In this document: piece by piece, positions 18,734-27,747 of the stretch
Position numbering within the stretch: the stretch's first letter is position 1
Layout of the letters: each line of letters begins with the position of its first letter
Source of the DNA: Planctomycetota bacterium
GTDB taxonomy: Bacteria > Planctomycetota > UBA8108 > JACQVS01
DNA: 64,000 nt
Direction: 5' to 3'
NCBI GenBank assembly: GCA_028280485.1
Contig: JANQLS010000048.1
Coordinates: 5,577 to 69,576 of the forward strand
The notes under the pieces: model-generated
Told to the model about the DNA's origin: nothing
The model's input: the letters and a program-made list of their open reading frames with translations, nothing else
Databases searched by the model: none
Program-made: the position numbers and the translations under genes

Positions 18734-19075
18734 ATGTTCTTCAGTAAATGGAGTATGTCTGTTATCGGGAAAATATTGAAAACGACTTCAATTTTAGTGA
18801 CCCTGATGTGTCTACAGGGATGCTCGACCTTGTTTTCATTATATGATTCGATAGATCCAATCCATCCTGCTACCTATGGTGGGACTCGCCGAAACATAAA
18901 TTTGTGGGGGAGGAAAAATCGATATATTGCCACTTGGATAAGTAATACAACGACAGTAATCGATTTCCCGTTCTCATTAGCTTTGGATACTTTAGTTTTA
19001 CCGATTACTGTTCCTGTCGATCTGTATCATGGTGAAGAGTACTATGAGCAGTTTAAGGATGTGTATTATTATTAA
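18734..19075 (+). CDS. DUF1375 (YceK-like) lipoprotein
   Basis: Lipobox LQGC, then YGGTRRNINLWG...VIDFPFSLALDTLVLPITVPVDLYHG, matching the YceK signature (YPGV..., LDLPFSLvfDTLLLPIDIHHG). Confidence 0.6.
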   Translation: MFFSKWSMSVIGKILKTTSILVTLMCLQGCSTLFSLYDSIDPIHPATYGGTRRNINLWGRKNRYIATWISNTTTVIDFPFSLALDTLVLPITVPVDLYHGEEYYEQFKDVYYY

Positions 19076-19140
19076 AAGTGATCGCTCAAGCTCATATTCA
19101 TGTCCATTCTCCACTCAGTTCGTTGGCTAAAAGATAGGAT

Positions 19141-20160
19141 TTGATAATTGTCCGTCAAAAAAGTTTAAGATACATTGGGAAGATTAAATCAAAATATTCA
19201 GTGGAGGCTTATCAGATGAAGAGCTTTAAAGGTCTAAGCTTCATTCTTTGCGTATCTTTAGTCTTCTCATTGATGGCTTCTGCTGCAAACGCCTGTTTAT
19301 GGATAGACGGCACGACGATCGATGGTGGGCGTACAAGACTTTCGGGTCACTTCATCGCTTCTCAACTGCGATCAATCATCGCTGAAACTCCTAAAACGAA
19401 ACTTGAAGAATTGATGGAATTGAGGCAGGCAGCTGAAGTTCCAGATTCGGATCAGGATTGGAATAGTGTTAAGAAAATTCTGGCGGGTGATCTTGATTTG
19501 GCAATTAAAGAACTTATAGAGTTTGAACGAATAAACCCGGGTGAATACAGTACGGCTGCCAATTTGGGAACAGCCTACGAATTAATTGGTGACAACAAAC
19601 AAGCTTTAAAATGGATTAGCGAGGCAATAAATCGTAATCCTGAATCTCATGATGGAACAGAATGGCTTCACCAATTGATCTTAGAAACAAAGATCCAATT
19701 AGAAGCTTCTCCCAATGCCTTTGAAAACGAAAGAGTCATCCCACTTCCGGAGTATTTTGACATAACTTCAAAGGTCACTATAGGTGGTACTCAATACGAC
19801 ATTAATGAAATCGGTAAAGCTTTGGAATTTCAACTCCATGAGAGATTAGTATTTGTGAAGCCTAGGGATGTTGTTGTTTCAGAATTACTCTTTTCATTGG
19901 CCAGGATTCTCGCTCATACAACTACGGTCGAAGCAGGTATAGATTTATTGGAGCTATCTAACCAATATGGATTTAAAGATAAAGCTCTACTTGATAAGAC
20001 AATGGCAGAGTATCAAGCTGCCATTCAATGGAGGAAGATTAAGGGCCGAGTAAAGATCACACTTGGTATTCTTGCAGTAATTGGATTCCTCTATATTGCG
20101 TATAAAAAGAAGTGGATTGTTTTTCCGAGTGACTTCCGAAAAAGGACCTCTTCAGGGTGA
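19141..20160 (+). CDS. secreted TPR-repeat protein with C-terminal TM anchor
   Basis: Probable real start is the ATG at 19216 (MKSFKGLSF signal). TPR-like units (AANLGTAYELIGDNKQALKWISEAINRNP) and a C-terminal hydrophobic helix ITLGILAVIGFLYIAY. Confidence 0.55.
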   Translation: MIIVRQKSLRYIGKIKSKYSVEAYQMKSFKGLSFILCVSLVFSLMASAANACLWIDGTTIDGGRTRLSGHFIASQLRSIIAETPKTKLEELMELRQAAEVPDSDQDWNSVKKILAGDLDLAIKELIEFERINPGEYSTAANLGTAYELIGDNKQALKWISEAINRNPESHDGTEWLHQLILETKIQLEASPNAFENERVIPLPEYFDITSKVTIGGTQYDINEIGKALEFQLHERLVFVKPRDVVVSELLFSLARILAHTTTVEAGIDLLELSNQYGFKDKALLDKTMAEYQAAIQWRKIKGRVKITLGILAVIGFLYIAYKKKWIVFPSDFRKRTSSG

Positions 20161-20282
20161 CCCAGAGACGCAGGTGTGATTATTCTATTGCTATACTTAA
20201 TTTCAGTTTACGACTTGTCGGTACGCATAGAGGCTGTGAATTTTTAGAACAAATCAAATATTAAGCCAAATGACGCTTCATT

Positions 20283-20420
20283 ATCCCTCGCTAAAGCTTC
20301 GGGCTTGAGGGGTACGAATCGCATTCAATGTTTAATTTGTAGCTAAGGATTTCACGTAATTCATTTATTAATTAGTATTGAATTGACCCACTTACCAAGC
20401 CCGAAGCTTTAGCGAGGGAT
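20283..20420. repeat. perfect 25-bp inverted repeat (ATCCCTCGCTAAAGCTTCGGGCTTG ... CAAGCCCGAAGCTTTAGCGAGGGAT) around an 88-nt AT-rich spacer
   Basis: Exact reverse-complement arms at 20283..20307 and 20396..20420. It sits in the 350-bp intergenic region between 19141..20160 and 20512..21042. Confidence 0.7.
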
Positions 20421-20511
20421 CGAAGGGCTTCATCGGTTTTGGCGAATAATTCACAACTTCAGAGTGGAGATTTTTCAAAAGCAGCCTTCAATTTCATCCG
20501 ATAATTAGAGT

Positions 20512-21042
20512 ATGAAGAGAAAACGTATAACCAAAATCTTTGTGCTTCTATCCATTACCGCATTCATCGTAGTGGGCACTTTTGTGTTTATAAATCGAAA
20601 CGCTATTCACGCATCTTTTGTGCATATGAAATTGAGGAAAGATCCTTCTCAATTTTCTTTATTATTAAACGAAGCCGGAAATCCAGCAGTATTGAAAGCT
20701 TTGAAGCGCTTTGTTAGCGAAAGAGAAGGAGCGGTACAATTAGTAAATTTCTTGTTAAATGAAGATTCCAAAAATTTGTTTTTAATCTTATTAAGTTTGG
20801 AGAGCCGTCGAACGTACTTAATTGACTTATCTCAAGAGAATTGGGGTAAGGTAGCAACCAGCAGAGTATTTGGAGAACAAATCATCACGGAAAATAAATT
20901 TGAAAACGTCCTTCAACAGTTGGTACATAATTCTTCTGACCAATCTGTATTGATTAAGGGTGATTCTTCATTTGTTTGTAAGATCCTAAAGAAGGATTCC
21001 ATTAAACTGGGTCTTCCAGGCATTCCTAAGCAAATTACCTAG
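20512..21042 (+). CDS. membrane-anchored hypothetical protein
   Basis: N-terminal TM (IFVLLSITAFIVVGTFVFI), 176 aa. Confidence 0.4.
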   Translation: MKRKRITKIFVLLSITAFIVVGTFVFINRNAIHASFVHMKLRKDPSQFSLLLNEAGNPAVLKALKRFVSEREGAVQLVNFLLNEDSKNLFLILLSLESRRTYLIDLSQENWGKVATSRVFGEQIITENKFENVLQQLVHNSSDQSVLIKGDSSFVCKILKKDSIKLGLPGIPKQIT

Positions 21043-21060
21043 GCCCCACCTCAAGTTGCC

Positions 21061-21360
21061 TTGTTTATAGAGTATCGTGGTCAGCCTTTACCTCAGCAGA
21101 ATGCTCAATTCATTTGTGTGCTTCCCGTTTCACAAGAGGAGTACGTTGAAGGGATCCTAAAACTTTATAAGAAAACATTTTGGTTTGTTAAATTAGAGGA
21201 TCTGACTTCGGCAAAAAAAACCTTTGAAGAGTTTGAAGAGAAACTTGATAAAAGTGATTTCATAAATATCCCAGAGCATAGAGAAAAGGTATGTATGTTT
21301 AAGGATCTATCGATGGAGCTGTGGGAGTCGATTGAAAAATTGGAGAGTAAGTATAAATAA
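21061..21360 (+). CDS. hypothetical protein (99 aa)
   Basis: ORF 18 nt after the previous gene. The start codon is uncertain (TTG). Confidence 0.3.
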   Translation: MFIEYRGQPLPQQNAQFICVLPVSQEEYVEGILKLYKKTFWFVKLEDLTSAKKTFEEFEEKLDKSDFINIPEHREKVCMFKDLSMELWESIEKLESKYK

Positions 21361-21553
21361 GGCTAGGTGTGATTGCTAGTGCTTCGGGCTAGTTAAAGTT
21401 GGTGCTTAAACCTAATGGATAGATTTAAGACCCATCAGAAGCTAAAAAATCACACCTTCTGTGAGGAGTCCGTACTTTATCTCTTAAAACCACCAACGAT
21501 TTCTCGCTATATTCCCCTTCGCCCTAAAATCCTAAAACTATGCCCAGGAGAAA

Positions 21554-22936
21554 ATGAATATTGAGACGATTCCATCGTCTCAAACTCCCATGAGAGTGAA
21601 AGTGGTTGGAAATCTCATTATGGGTCTCGCGTGTATGGGAATTGCTGTTTTTCTGGGGATGTCAGAAAGGAAGCAAATTCCTCAGCACAACTTGTCGTCA
21701 TTTAAAAGTAAGATCATTTGCTGTGGTCAGTTGGATAGGCACCTTCAAATCCCACCTCCTCGTAAGATTCTCAGCCCTATCAACATGCGGCGCAGACTTC
21801 GAGTTCATCCTTTTCGAAGATCAGTAAAATCATCAGTTCGCTCTAATATAAAAATTCCAACACCTATCAGGATGACTTCTGACTCTGATGAACGAGAGGA
21901 CAGAGTCGTTACTGAATGCTATGGGCGAGTACTCAGCTTGGATGGCTTTCCTATTCCCAACACTAATGTTTATATTCATCGTTATGATTCTGAGACGAAT
22001 GACTTTAAAGCCTATGCAACCACAATACCGGATGACAAGGGATCGTGGGTCATCGAAGGATTGAAGGAAGGTCACGAGCTTAAGCTTGAAGTTAAAGCTT
22101 ACGGATACTTCAAATATGTTAGTGACCCCTTTCAAGTTTGGAAGGGCGACTCTCTTAACTTAGGCACAGTCAGCCTTGATCCAGGTGGTGCGATATCAGG
22201 AACGGTTGTGGATGAAAGTGGAGCCGGTGTTGCCAATCTGACCGTTCATGTATTTGATGAATCCCACGAGACGCACCGTATCGAGATGCCAAAAACAGAT
22301 GAGGCGGGGCAATTCTGGGTTTCAGGGCTCACCACCGGCTCTTATGGACTCATTGTGAGAAAAGAAAGTATTAACCTCAGTTCTATGAGGAAGATCAGGG
22401 TTGAGCATGGATTTGAAACGGGTCCTTTGATCGTTGAGGTGTCACGAGAAACAAAGCCTAAAATTATAAGCTCGGAGGCTGAGCGACTCTATGCTGCGGA
22501 GAACGCAGTCCGATGGGATGTTGAGAAATTCCGAAACCTGGAAGCGGCCAAACGTTTCGTCATGGATGTGATCGACTCTCCCTGGTGGCAAAGATTCTTT
22601 TCAAAAATTGAATCGATTGAAGTTAAAGAGGGAGGGTCAAGAAGATATGCCTATGGGAATCGGTATTCAGGGGGTGTTGATGGACGTTATCATGGTTACA
22701 TTTCGTTGCCGTCCGGTTGGGGCTTCAACAAAATGGTTGTTCTTCATGAGGTAGCCCATGTCGTTGCTTATAAAGATGGTCATGGCTCTAAATTTGCCTC
22801 CGTATTTCTTGAGCTTGTTGATGTCTTTATCGGGAGAGAGGTTGCCAACAAGCTTGACCGTGAGTTTGCAAGACATGGGGTTGCGGTTGCCAATTTTCAA
22901 GAAGTTGTTTTTGAGCTTTACCCCGAATCCTTATAA
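21554..22936 (+). CDS. secreted protein with two carboxypeptidase-regulatory-like beta-sandwich domains and a C-terminal HExxH metallopeptidase-like motif
   Basis: CYGRVLSLDGFPIPNTNVYIH...GSWVIEGL and ISGTVVDESGAGVANLTVHVFD...GQFWVSGLTTGSYGL (CarboxypepD_reg-like). C-terminal VVLHEVAHVVAYKDGHG. Confidence 0.5.
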   Translation: MNIETIPSSQTPMRVKVVGNLIMGLACMGIAVFLGMSERKQIPQHNLSSFKSKIICCGQLDRHLQIPPPRKILSPINMRRRLRVHPFRRSVKSSVRSNIKIPTPIRMTSDSDEREDRVVTECYGRVLSLDGFPIPNTNVYIHRYDSETNDFKAYATTIPDDKGSWVIEGLKEGHELKLEVKAYGYFKYVSDPFQVWKGDSLNLGTVSLDPGGAISGTVVDESGAGVANLTVHVFDESHETHRIEMPKTDEAGQFWVSGLTTGSYGLIVRKESINLSSMRKIRVEHGFETGPLIVEVSRETKPKIISSEAERLYAAENAVRWDVEKFRNLEAAKRFVMDVIDSPWWQRFFSKIESIEVKEGGSRRYAYGNRYSGGVDGRYHGYISLPSGWGFNKMVVLHEVAHVVAYKDGHGSKFASVFLELVDVFIGREVANKLDREFARHGVAVANFQEVVFELYPESL

Positions 22937-22971
22937 TCATACGGTATATAAAAAGAAGAATGTATCGAACT

Positions 22972-23140
22972 ACTAATTAGTTTCTGTTGAATCTTGCTCC
23001 TGCGGAGCCTGATTCAACCGTTTCAGCAAATCACAGATTTGCTTTCCACTCCGCTGAACATAGGCTCTGCGAACCAATGTCCGCGGCCGAGTTGATCCCA
23101 ACTCGGCTTAGTTCCTGTTATTCAACAGGAACTAATTAGT
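22972..23140. repeat. split copy of the CTAATTAG palindromic element carrying a ~115-bp GC-richer structured insert
   Basis: Left half ctaattagtttctgttgaat at 22972..22991. Full hairpin ttagttcctgtt-attc-aacaggaactaattagtt at 23108..23140. The insert 22993..23107 has internal hairpins (agcaaatc/gatttgct; gccgagtt/aactcggc). Confidence 0.5.
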
Positions 23141-23214
23141 TCGGATTTATTGAGTAGATGGTTTTCTCTTGTTTATAGGTAGATTAGGGTTGTTTCTTTG
23201 TGGAGATTTAAAAA

Positions 23215-23736
23215 ATGGATGAACTCGATCGCTTTTTCTTTTTCTGGAAAACGTCTGATTTATTTAACCTGGAAAAAGTGTCTCCCATCGTTGATGAATT
23301 AAATAACAATATTTCAGAAGAAACCACCATCAAGGATTTCGCGACCATGATTCACAAACATATCCATGCTTGTGTTCCAAGCTGTGAGTCACAGTCAGCA
23401 TTTTATCATATGAAATACAAACTCCGCTTTTTAGATTTAAAAATTATGAAACCTTCAAAATCCTGGGATGAAATTTTACCTGGGAATTTTATATCCAAGT
23501 GGTTTTTGTGGCGTAAAGTTTTTAATGAGTTGGGTATTAGTAAAAGAATGCGTTATTTGAGTCTTTCAGAAACAGTAAGTCATTCCATCGATAAAAAGCC
23601 CATTGAATATTCAGCGAAGGAAAGATCAAAATTAACCATTAAAGAGATCATGGATTTAATTTTCTTGAATCTTAAAAAAGAGTACAGCTTCATGGAAGTT
23701 GATTCGAATTCAAAGATATCCACGATCTTCTTATAA
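23215..23736 (+). CDS. hypothetical protein (173 aa)
   Basis: ORF with no recognised motifs. Confidence 0.4.
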   Translation: MDELDRFFFFWKTSDLFNLEKVSPIVDELNNNISEETTIKDFATMIHKHIHACVPSCESQSAFYHMKYKLRFLDLKIMKPSKSWDEILPGNFISKWFLWRKVFNELGISKRMRYLSLSETVSHSIDKKPIEYSAKERSKLTIKEIMDLIFLNLKKEYSFMEVDSNSKISTIFL

Positions 23737-23783
23737 TAGATGCTTATGTTACCACTCTAAACTGGTAGGGGTATGTTCTGCGA

Positions 23784-24479
23784 TTGAAATTTGGCATTGG
23801 AGCCGGTGTCATGAAAAAGTCTATTTTGATTCTATTTCTTACCGTGATGCCGCTGAGTTCTGGCTGTATGACATTAGAATCCCAAAGTTCATATCATAAA
23901 AATCCTGCTAAAACTCTTAGGTACTACAACGGAAATATGATGTACGCTGGGACGCGGCTTGATCTTGAATGGCTAACTTCAATATTTTGGTACTTCATTA
24001 TTCCCTTGGCGGACCTACCATTTAGCTTAGCGGCGGATACTCTGATTTTGCCACTTACTATTTATCAGACGGCTACGGCTTCAGATTACTTAAATGAGAG
24101 TGAAGATGAAGGGGAGTGGTCAAACGCTTTAACCGTTGCCGAAAAACTCCAAAACCTCCGCAATGGTATGGAGAATTACATGCTATTAGGAAATGCTGAT
24201 TATTCACAAGAGCATATTAACAAGTGTGAAAAAATTCTATATGAGTTCGTGCTTTCAGTGCAGCAAGCGGGAAGGGAAGGAACATCTCGGGATGCTTTTA
24301 TAATGGTTAATGTGAAGTCCGCCGTTTTAAAATTAAATGTTTTAAACAAAGAATGTAATGGGGGCTTAATAGAAACAGATCAAAGAGAACAGATCTGTGA
24401 TCTCATAACCTATGCTGCATTGAATGCCGGATTGGTGACTGACTTAGAAGATATTACCTGGGAGTGGCGAGAGTGGTAA
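23784..24479 (+). CDS. DUF1375 (YceK-like) lipoprotein with C-terminal extension
   Basis: Lipobox LSSGC. YYNGNMMYAGTRLDLEWL...IIPLADLPFSLAADTLILPLTIYQ matches the YceK signature. An extra ~120-aa C-terminal region follows. Confidence 0.5.
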   Translation: MKFGIGAGVMKKSILILFLTVMPLSSGCMTLESQSSYHKNPAKTLRYYNGNMMYAGTRLDLEWLTSIFWYFIIPLADLPFSLAADTLILPLTIYQTATASDYLNESEDEGEWSNALTVAEKLQNLRNGMENYMLLGNADYSQEHINKCEKILYEFVLSVQQAGREGTSRDAFIMVNVKSAVLKLNVLNKECNGGLIETDQREQICDLITYAALNAGLVTDLEDITWEWREW

Positions 24480-24567
24480 AGTTTAGTCATTTATACTGAT
24501 GCACAAATCAGTCAAAAATCATGGAAACGGGTGGTTATTAATAAAAAAATCTTAGCTTGACCGTCTA

Positions 24568-25116
24568 ATGAAAATCACTTGGAAAAATAAATCAGAACAA
24601 GTCCTTATCATTTCTGTTGTGACCCTATTTTATTTTGCTTCAGTAATTCTGATATCAATTTCTACTATAGATGTTGTCTGCACTAACCGAATGATGGACG
24701 ACAATGGTCATTACACCGATCGATTCTTAATTAGCAACTTAATCAAGAATCGAGAGAAATTTGAAACTCTCATTCGAATGTTTCAAGAAGATAAATCTCC
24801 AACACTTATTCATTCAAGTTGGATGATGCCCGAGGGTGCAATATCCAATTCAAGATGGGCTGAATACAAAAAAATATTTGAGGAATTGAAGATAGATGTT
24901 GGAATGAGTTCCAGAGGGCCAGGAGAAATTAAGATCGTTGTTAATGCAAGGGGATTCGTTATTGCGGGATCCAGTAAAGGGTATTTTTATAAGCCAAAAA
25001 CGCCTACACCATTATTTAAAAGCTTAGATGAAACTCCTCCAGAGTTAATGTCACTCGAGGAGGGCTTTTTGAAGATTGGTGAAAATTGGTATCTTTATCA
25101 TGAGTTTGATGATTAG
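24568..25116 (+). CDS. membrane-anchored hypothetical protein (first gene of a 4-gene operon)
   Basis: N-terminal TM (VLIISVVTLFYFASVILISI), 182 aa. Confidence 0.45.
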   Translation: MKITWKNKSEQVLIISVVTLFYFASVILISISTIDVVCTNRMMDDNGHYTDRFLISNLIKNREKFETLIRMFQEDKSPTLIHSSWMMPEGAISNSRWAEYKKIFEELKIDVGMSSRGPGEIKIVVNARGFVIAGSSKGYFYKPKTPTPLFKSLDETPPELMSLEEGFLKIGENWYLYHEFDD

Positions 25117-25133
25117 GTAAAGATGAGGAGCTA

Positions 25134-25487
25134 GTGCCTATTTCGACTCGTATAAAGTTAAGTCCCTTTACAGTTGCCTTCACAGCCACGGCAGATACGT
25201 GTAGACTACATCGGAAGGAACAAACTTGGAATTTTAAGAAGTCTCCAATGAGCTTACCTTTATTAACAGGCTACGGTAATCCCTTTTATTTAGGTGCAGC
25301 AATGATTGGCTTTGTTGCTGTGCTCTTCTTCTATTTTTGTCATAAAATTCGGAACAACGTTCTTAAGGTTGATTATGGGGCACCAGAACAACCGAGAAAA
25401 ATGACGTTCTACTACGTTTTGTACATATTCATAATGGTGATGTTGATTTTGTATTTAACTAATGTTCCAGGTCCAAGGTGGGGTTGA
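25134..25487 (+). CDS. small integral membrane protein
   Basis: 117 aa, 2 TM. It starts 18 nt after the previous gene. Confidence 0.4.
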   Translation: MPISTRIKLSPFTVAFTATADTCRLHRKEQTWNFKKSPMSLPLLTGYGNPFYLGAAMIGFVAVLFFYFCHKIRNNVLKVDYGAPEQPRKMTFYYVLYIFIMVMLILYLTNVPGPRWG

Positions 25488-26032
25488 TATATTACTTTCA
25501 GGAGAGATATATAATGCGCAGTTTATTATGGGTCATGATGCTTGCACTTGTTATGGGGATTTCATGTTCACAAAAGGTGAATAAGAATCCTTCAACGTTA
25601 AAGAAAGCTACAGCTAAGATTTCAAGTACTGACGCAAAATTTTGGTTTCCAATTACAAAAAAAGATTCATGGAAATGGGGGACCACAGCCCATAGTTCAT
25701 TAGAATATGGATGGACTGTTGAATTTCCCACTGAAGATGGAATGTGTGAAGCTGGATTCACTTACTGGAATTTTCCGGGGCAAGGAAGTGGATCAGGTAC
25801 TTTAGTTCGCATACTCGCCAGTGGGCAGACCAATTTTTGGATGAATCACTCAAATGTTCCGCGGGCATTTGGAATTCGATCTTCGTACCACAATGAGGGG
25901 GTGTTGATTAAAATAACTGAGCCAAAATTTTTGCTTAGCCTGCTGAAAGAGAAACCAGAATCAATTACTTTTTTTCAGAAGGGGGCTTTGCAAGAAAACC
26001 GTGAGTTTAAAGTTGTAGCTGAGTATGAATGA
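25478..26032 (+). CDS. secreted/lipoprotein-like hypothetical protein
   Basis: Signal with ISCS lipobox-like motif. It overlaps both the upstream gene (10 nt) and the downstream ATPase (8 nt). Confidence 0.45.
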   Translation: MGLIYYFQERYIMRSLLWVMMLALVMGISCSQKVNKNPSTLKKATAKISSTDAKFWFPITKKDSWKWGTTAHSSLEYGWTVEFPTEDGMCEAGFTYWNFPGQGSGSGTLVRILASGQTNFWMNHSNVPRAFGIRSSYHNEGVLIKITEPKFLLSLLKEKPESITFFQKGALQENREFKVVAEYE

Positions 26033-26762
26033 TAAACCCTACCTGAGAAGTGTCGAACTCGAACGAGAAAATATTGAGTCTTTCGATGAGTTCCCCTTTT
26101 CAATTCCAGCTATTCGGGATATGGAAACTCTCGAGTTTCATCCTGACGTTACATTTCTTGTTGGAGAAAACGGATCAGGAAAATCTACACTTCTTGAGGC
26201 TCTAGCTTTAGCAATTGGTTTCGGTCCCGAAGGTGGAACATTAAACACACTGTTTTCTACTGCGAACGATCAATCAGATCTTGTCGATTATCTAAAGCTG
26301 GTAAAAAGCTTTGCTAGACCGAAAGATTTTTATTTTCTGAGAGCAGAGAGTTTTTATAACGTCGCAAGTTATATGGAAGAGACAGGGTATCTCTCTGGAT
26401 ACGGGGGGAAATCCCTTCATGCTAGGTCTCATGGGGAGGCATTTCTGGCGACACTTAACTTAAAATTGAAAGGCAAAGGCTTATATTTATTTGATGAGCC
26501 GGAGGCTGCCCTTTCACCCCAGAGGCAGATGACGGCTTTGGGCTCTATCCACGAATTGGTGAAAGAGGATTCTCAATTTATCATCGCCACTCATTCACCC
26601 ATATTAATGGCTTACCCGAACTCTCGTATTATTCAGCTCGATGATTCTGGCTTAAATGAAGTTCAATATGAAGACACTGAGCATTTCTCGGTTACTAAAG
26701 AGTTTCTTAACAATCATAAAAGGATGATTCATTATCTTCTTGAAGATGGTGAAGGTTCATAA
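26025..26762 (+). CDS. small stand-alone ABC/RecF-like P-loop ATPase (AAA_21 / COG3910-like)
   Basis: Walker A FLVGENGSGKSTLLEA, signature-like region, Walker B LYLFDEPEAALSP, H-loop IIATHSPIL. Only 245 aa with no transporter domain. Confidence 0.75.
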   Translation: MNDKPYLRSVELERENIESFDEFPFSIPAIRDMETLEFHPDVTFLVGENGSGKSTLLEALALAIGFGPEGGTLNTLFSTANDQSDLVDYLKLVKSFARPKDFYFLRAESFYNVASYMEETGYLSGYGGKSLHARSHGEAFLATLNLKLKGKGLYLFDEPEAALSPQRQMTALGSIHELVKEDSQFIIATHSPILMAYPNSRIIQLDDSGLNEVQYEDTEHFSVTKEFLNNHKRMIHYLLEDGEGS

Positions 26763-26837
26763 ATAAGACACTTTGCTTTTTCTTAAAATTACCTTTTCGC
26801 GAGTTTTCGATAGACTCAAAACTGGTTATGTAATGAT

Positions 26838-27641
26838 CTAATTACCCGCGTTGATGATACGAACCAAATAAACACCCGTTAAAACAATCATCCCCATCAC
26901 GATGCACGGGAGGGCCGTCGTCGACCAGACTTTAATCCCCTTGCGGATGTGTTCAATGAACCAAGTTCCCTTATCTTGACGCGTGATGTATTTCGCAAGA
27001 TCGAATCCCACGGCGATGGACACCACAATAGAGAAGCTGAGAAGAGTGATCGAAGGAATATACCCAAAGATTTCGATGAGGCTCCATCCTGTGCCATCGT
27101 TTTGTGTGTTCCAAAGTCCCCGACCTAATGTGATTCCAAGAATGATGTCGACTGCGGCTGGAATAAAACCCAAGAGGAAACCCAATCCTATACAGGCGAG
27201 ACTCACTCCCAACACCACAATCAGTACTGTGAACCAATACAAAATAAGGGTTGTAGGTAGTGAAGGCTGAGGGGTGGGCTTGTTCATGGCCGCAATCGCC
27301 CACTTATTCATGAGGCGCTTGCTTTCTTCATTATCTCCTTCGCGCAAAGCATTATTAAAAGCTTCCCACTCCTCATCCGTAAGAGAGTCTGGTTTTGCTT
27401 CTGCTTCAGCTTTTATTTCTATAGTCTCATTGAGCTCGTGTGAACTCGGCTCATTGCTAAGCTCTTCCGCCATGGACCCGAGGTATCCAAAAGCGAATGA
27501 GGCAACAAAAAGGGCTATAGCGATGTAAAAAGGGCGTTTGTAATCTCCATGTATTAAGGACAGGAGAGGAGTAGGATTAAAAAGCCATTTGAAGAAGGTG
27601 GCGAAAATGATCTTGGAATGCTTTCTGTCTGGGGGATTCAT
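26838..27641 (-). CDS. integral membrane protein, hypothetical
   Basis: 267 aa with several TM helices and an acidic central loop. Four internal ORFs on either strand are shadows. Confidence 0.5.
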   Translation of the reverse strand: MNPPDRKHSKIIFATFFKWLFNPTPLLSLIHGDYKRPFYIAIALFVASFAFGYLGSMAEELSNEPSSHELNETIEIKAEAEAKPDSLTDEEWEAFNNALREGDNEESKRLMNKWAIAAMNKPTPQPSLPTTLILYWFTVLIVVLGVSLACIGLGFLLGFIPAAVDIILGITLGRGLWNTQNDGTGWSLIEIFGYIPSITLLSFSIVVSIAVGFDLAKYITRQDKGTWFIEHIRKGIKVWSTTALPCIVMGMIVLTGVYLVRIINAGN

Positions 27642-27723
27642 TGAGGGGGCTTTGTTTTTATGCTTAAGACTAATTTATTGTTCCAGCTTCACGGGGCCAA
27701 TTCATTCAATTTCTTTTTCCTTA

Positions 27724-27747
27724 AATTAGTTTCAACAGAAACTAGTT
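27724..27747. repeat. short variant of the CTAATTAG palindromic element (AATTAGTT-TCAACAG-AAACTAGTT)
   Basis: It overlaps the stop codon of 27742..28692 (minus) and lies between two minus-strand genes. Confidence 0.4.

Noticed and set aside
21606-22976. Internal or antisense ORFs (21606..21827, 21833..22135, 22667..22900, 22758..22976)
   Set aside because: They are embedded in 21554..22936, which carries recognisable CarboxypepD_reg-like and HExxH motifs.
26897-27528. Four overlapping ORFs (26897..27097, 26971..27303, 26983..27270, 27274..27528) on both strands
   Set aside because: All lie within the 267-aa membrane-protein gene 26838..27641 (minus), which has a coherent TM topology, so they are shadow ORFs.
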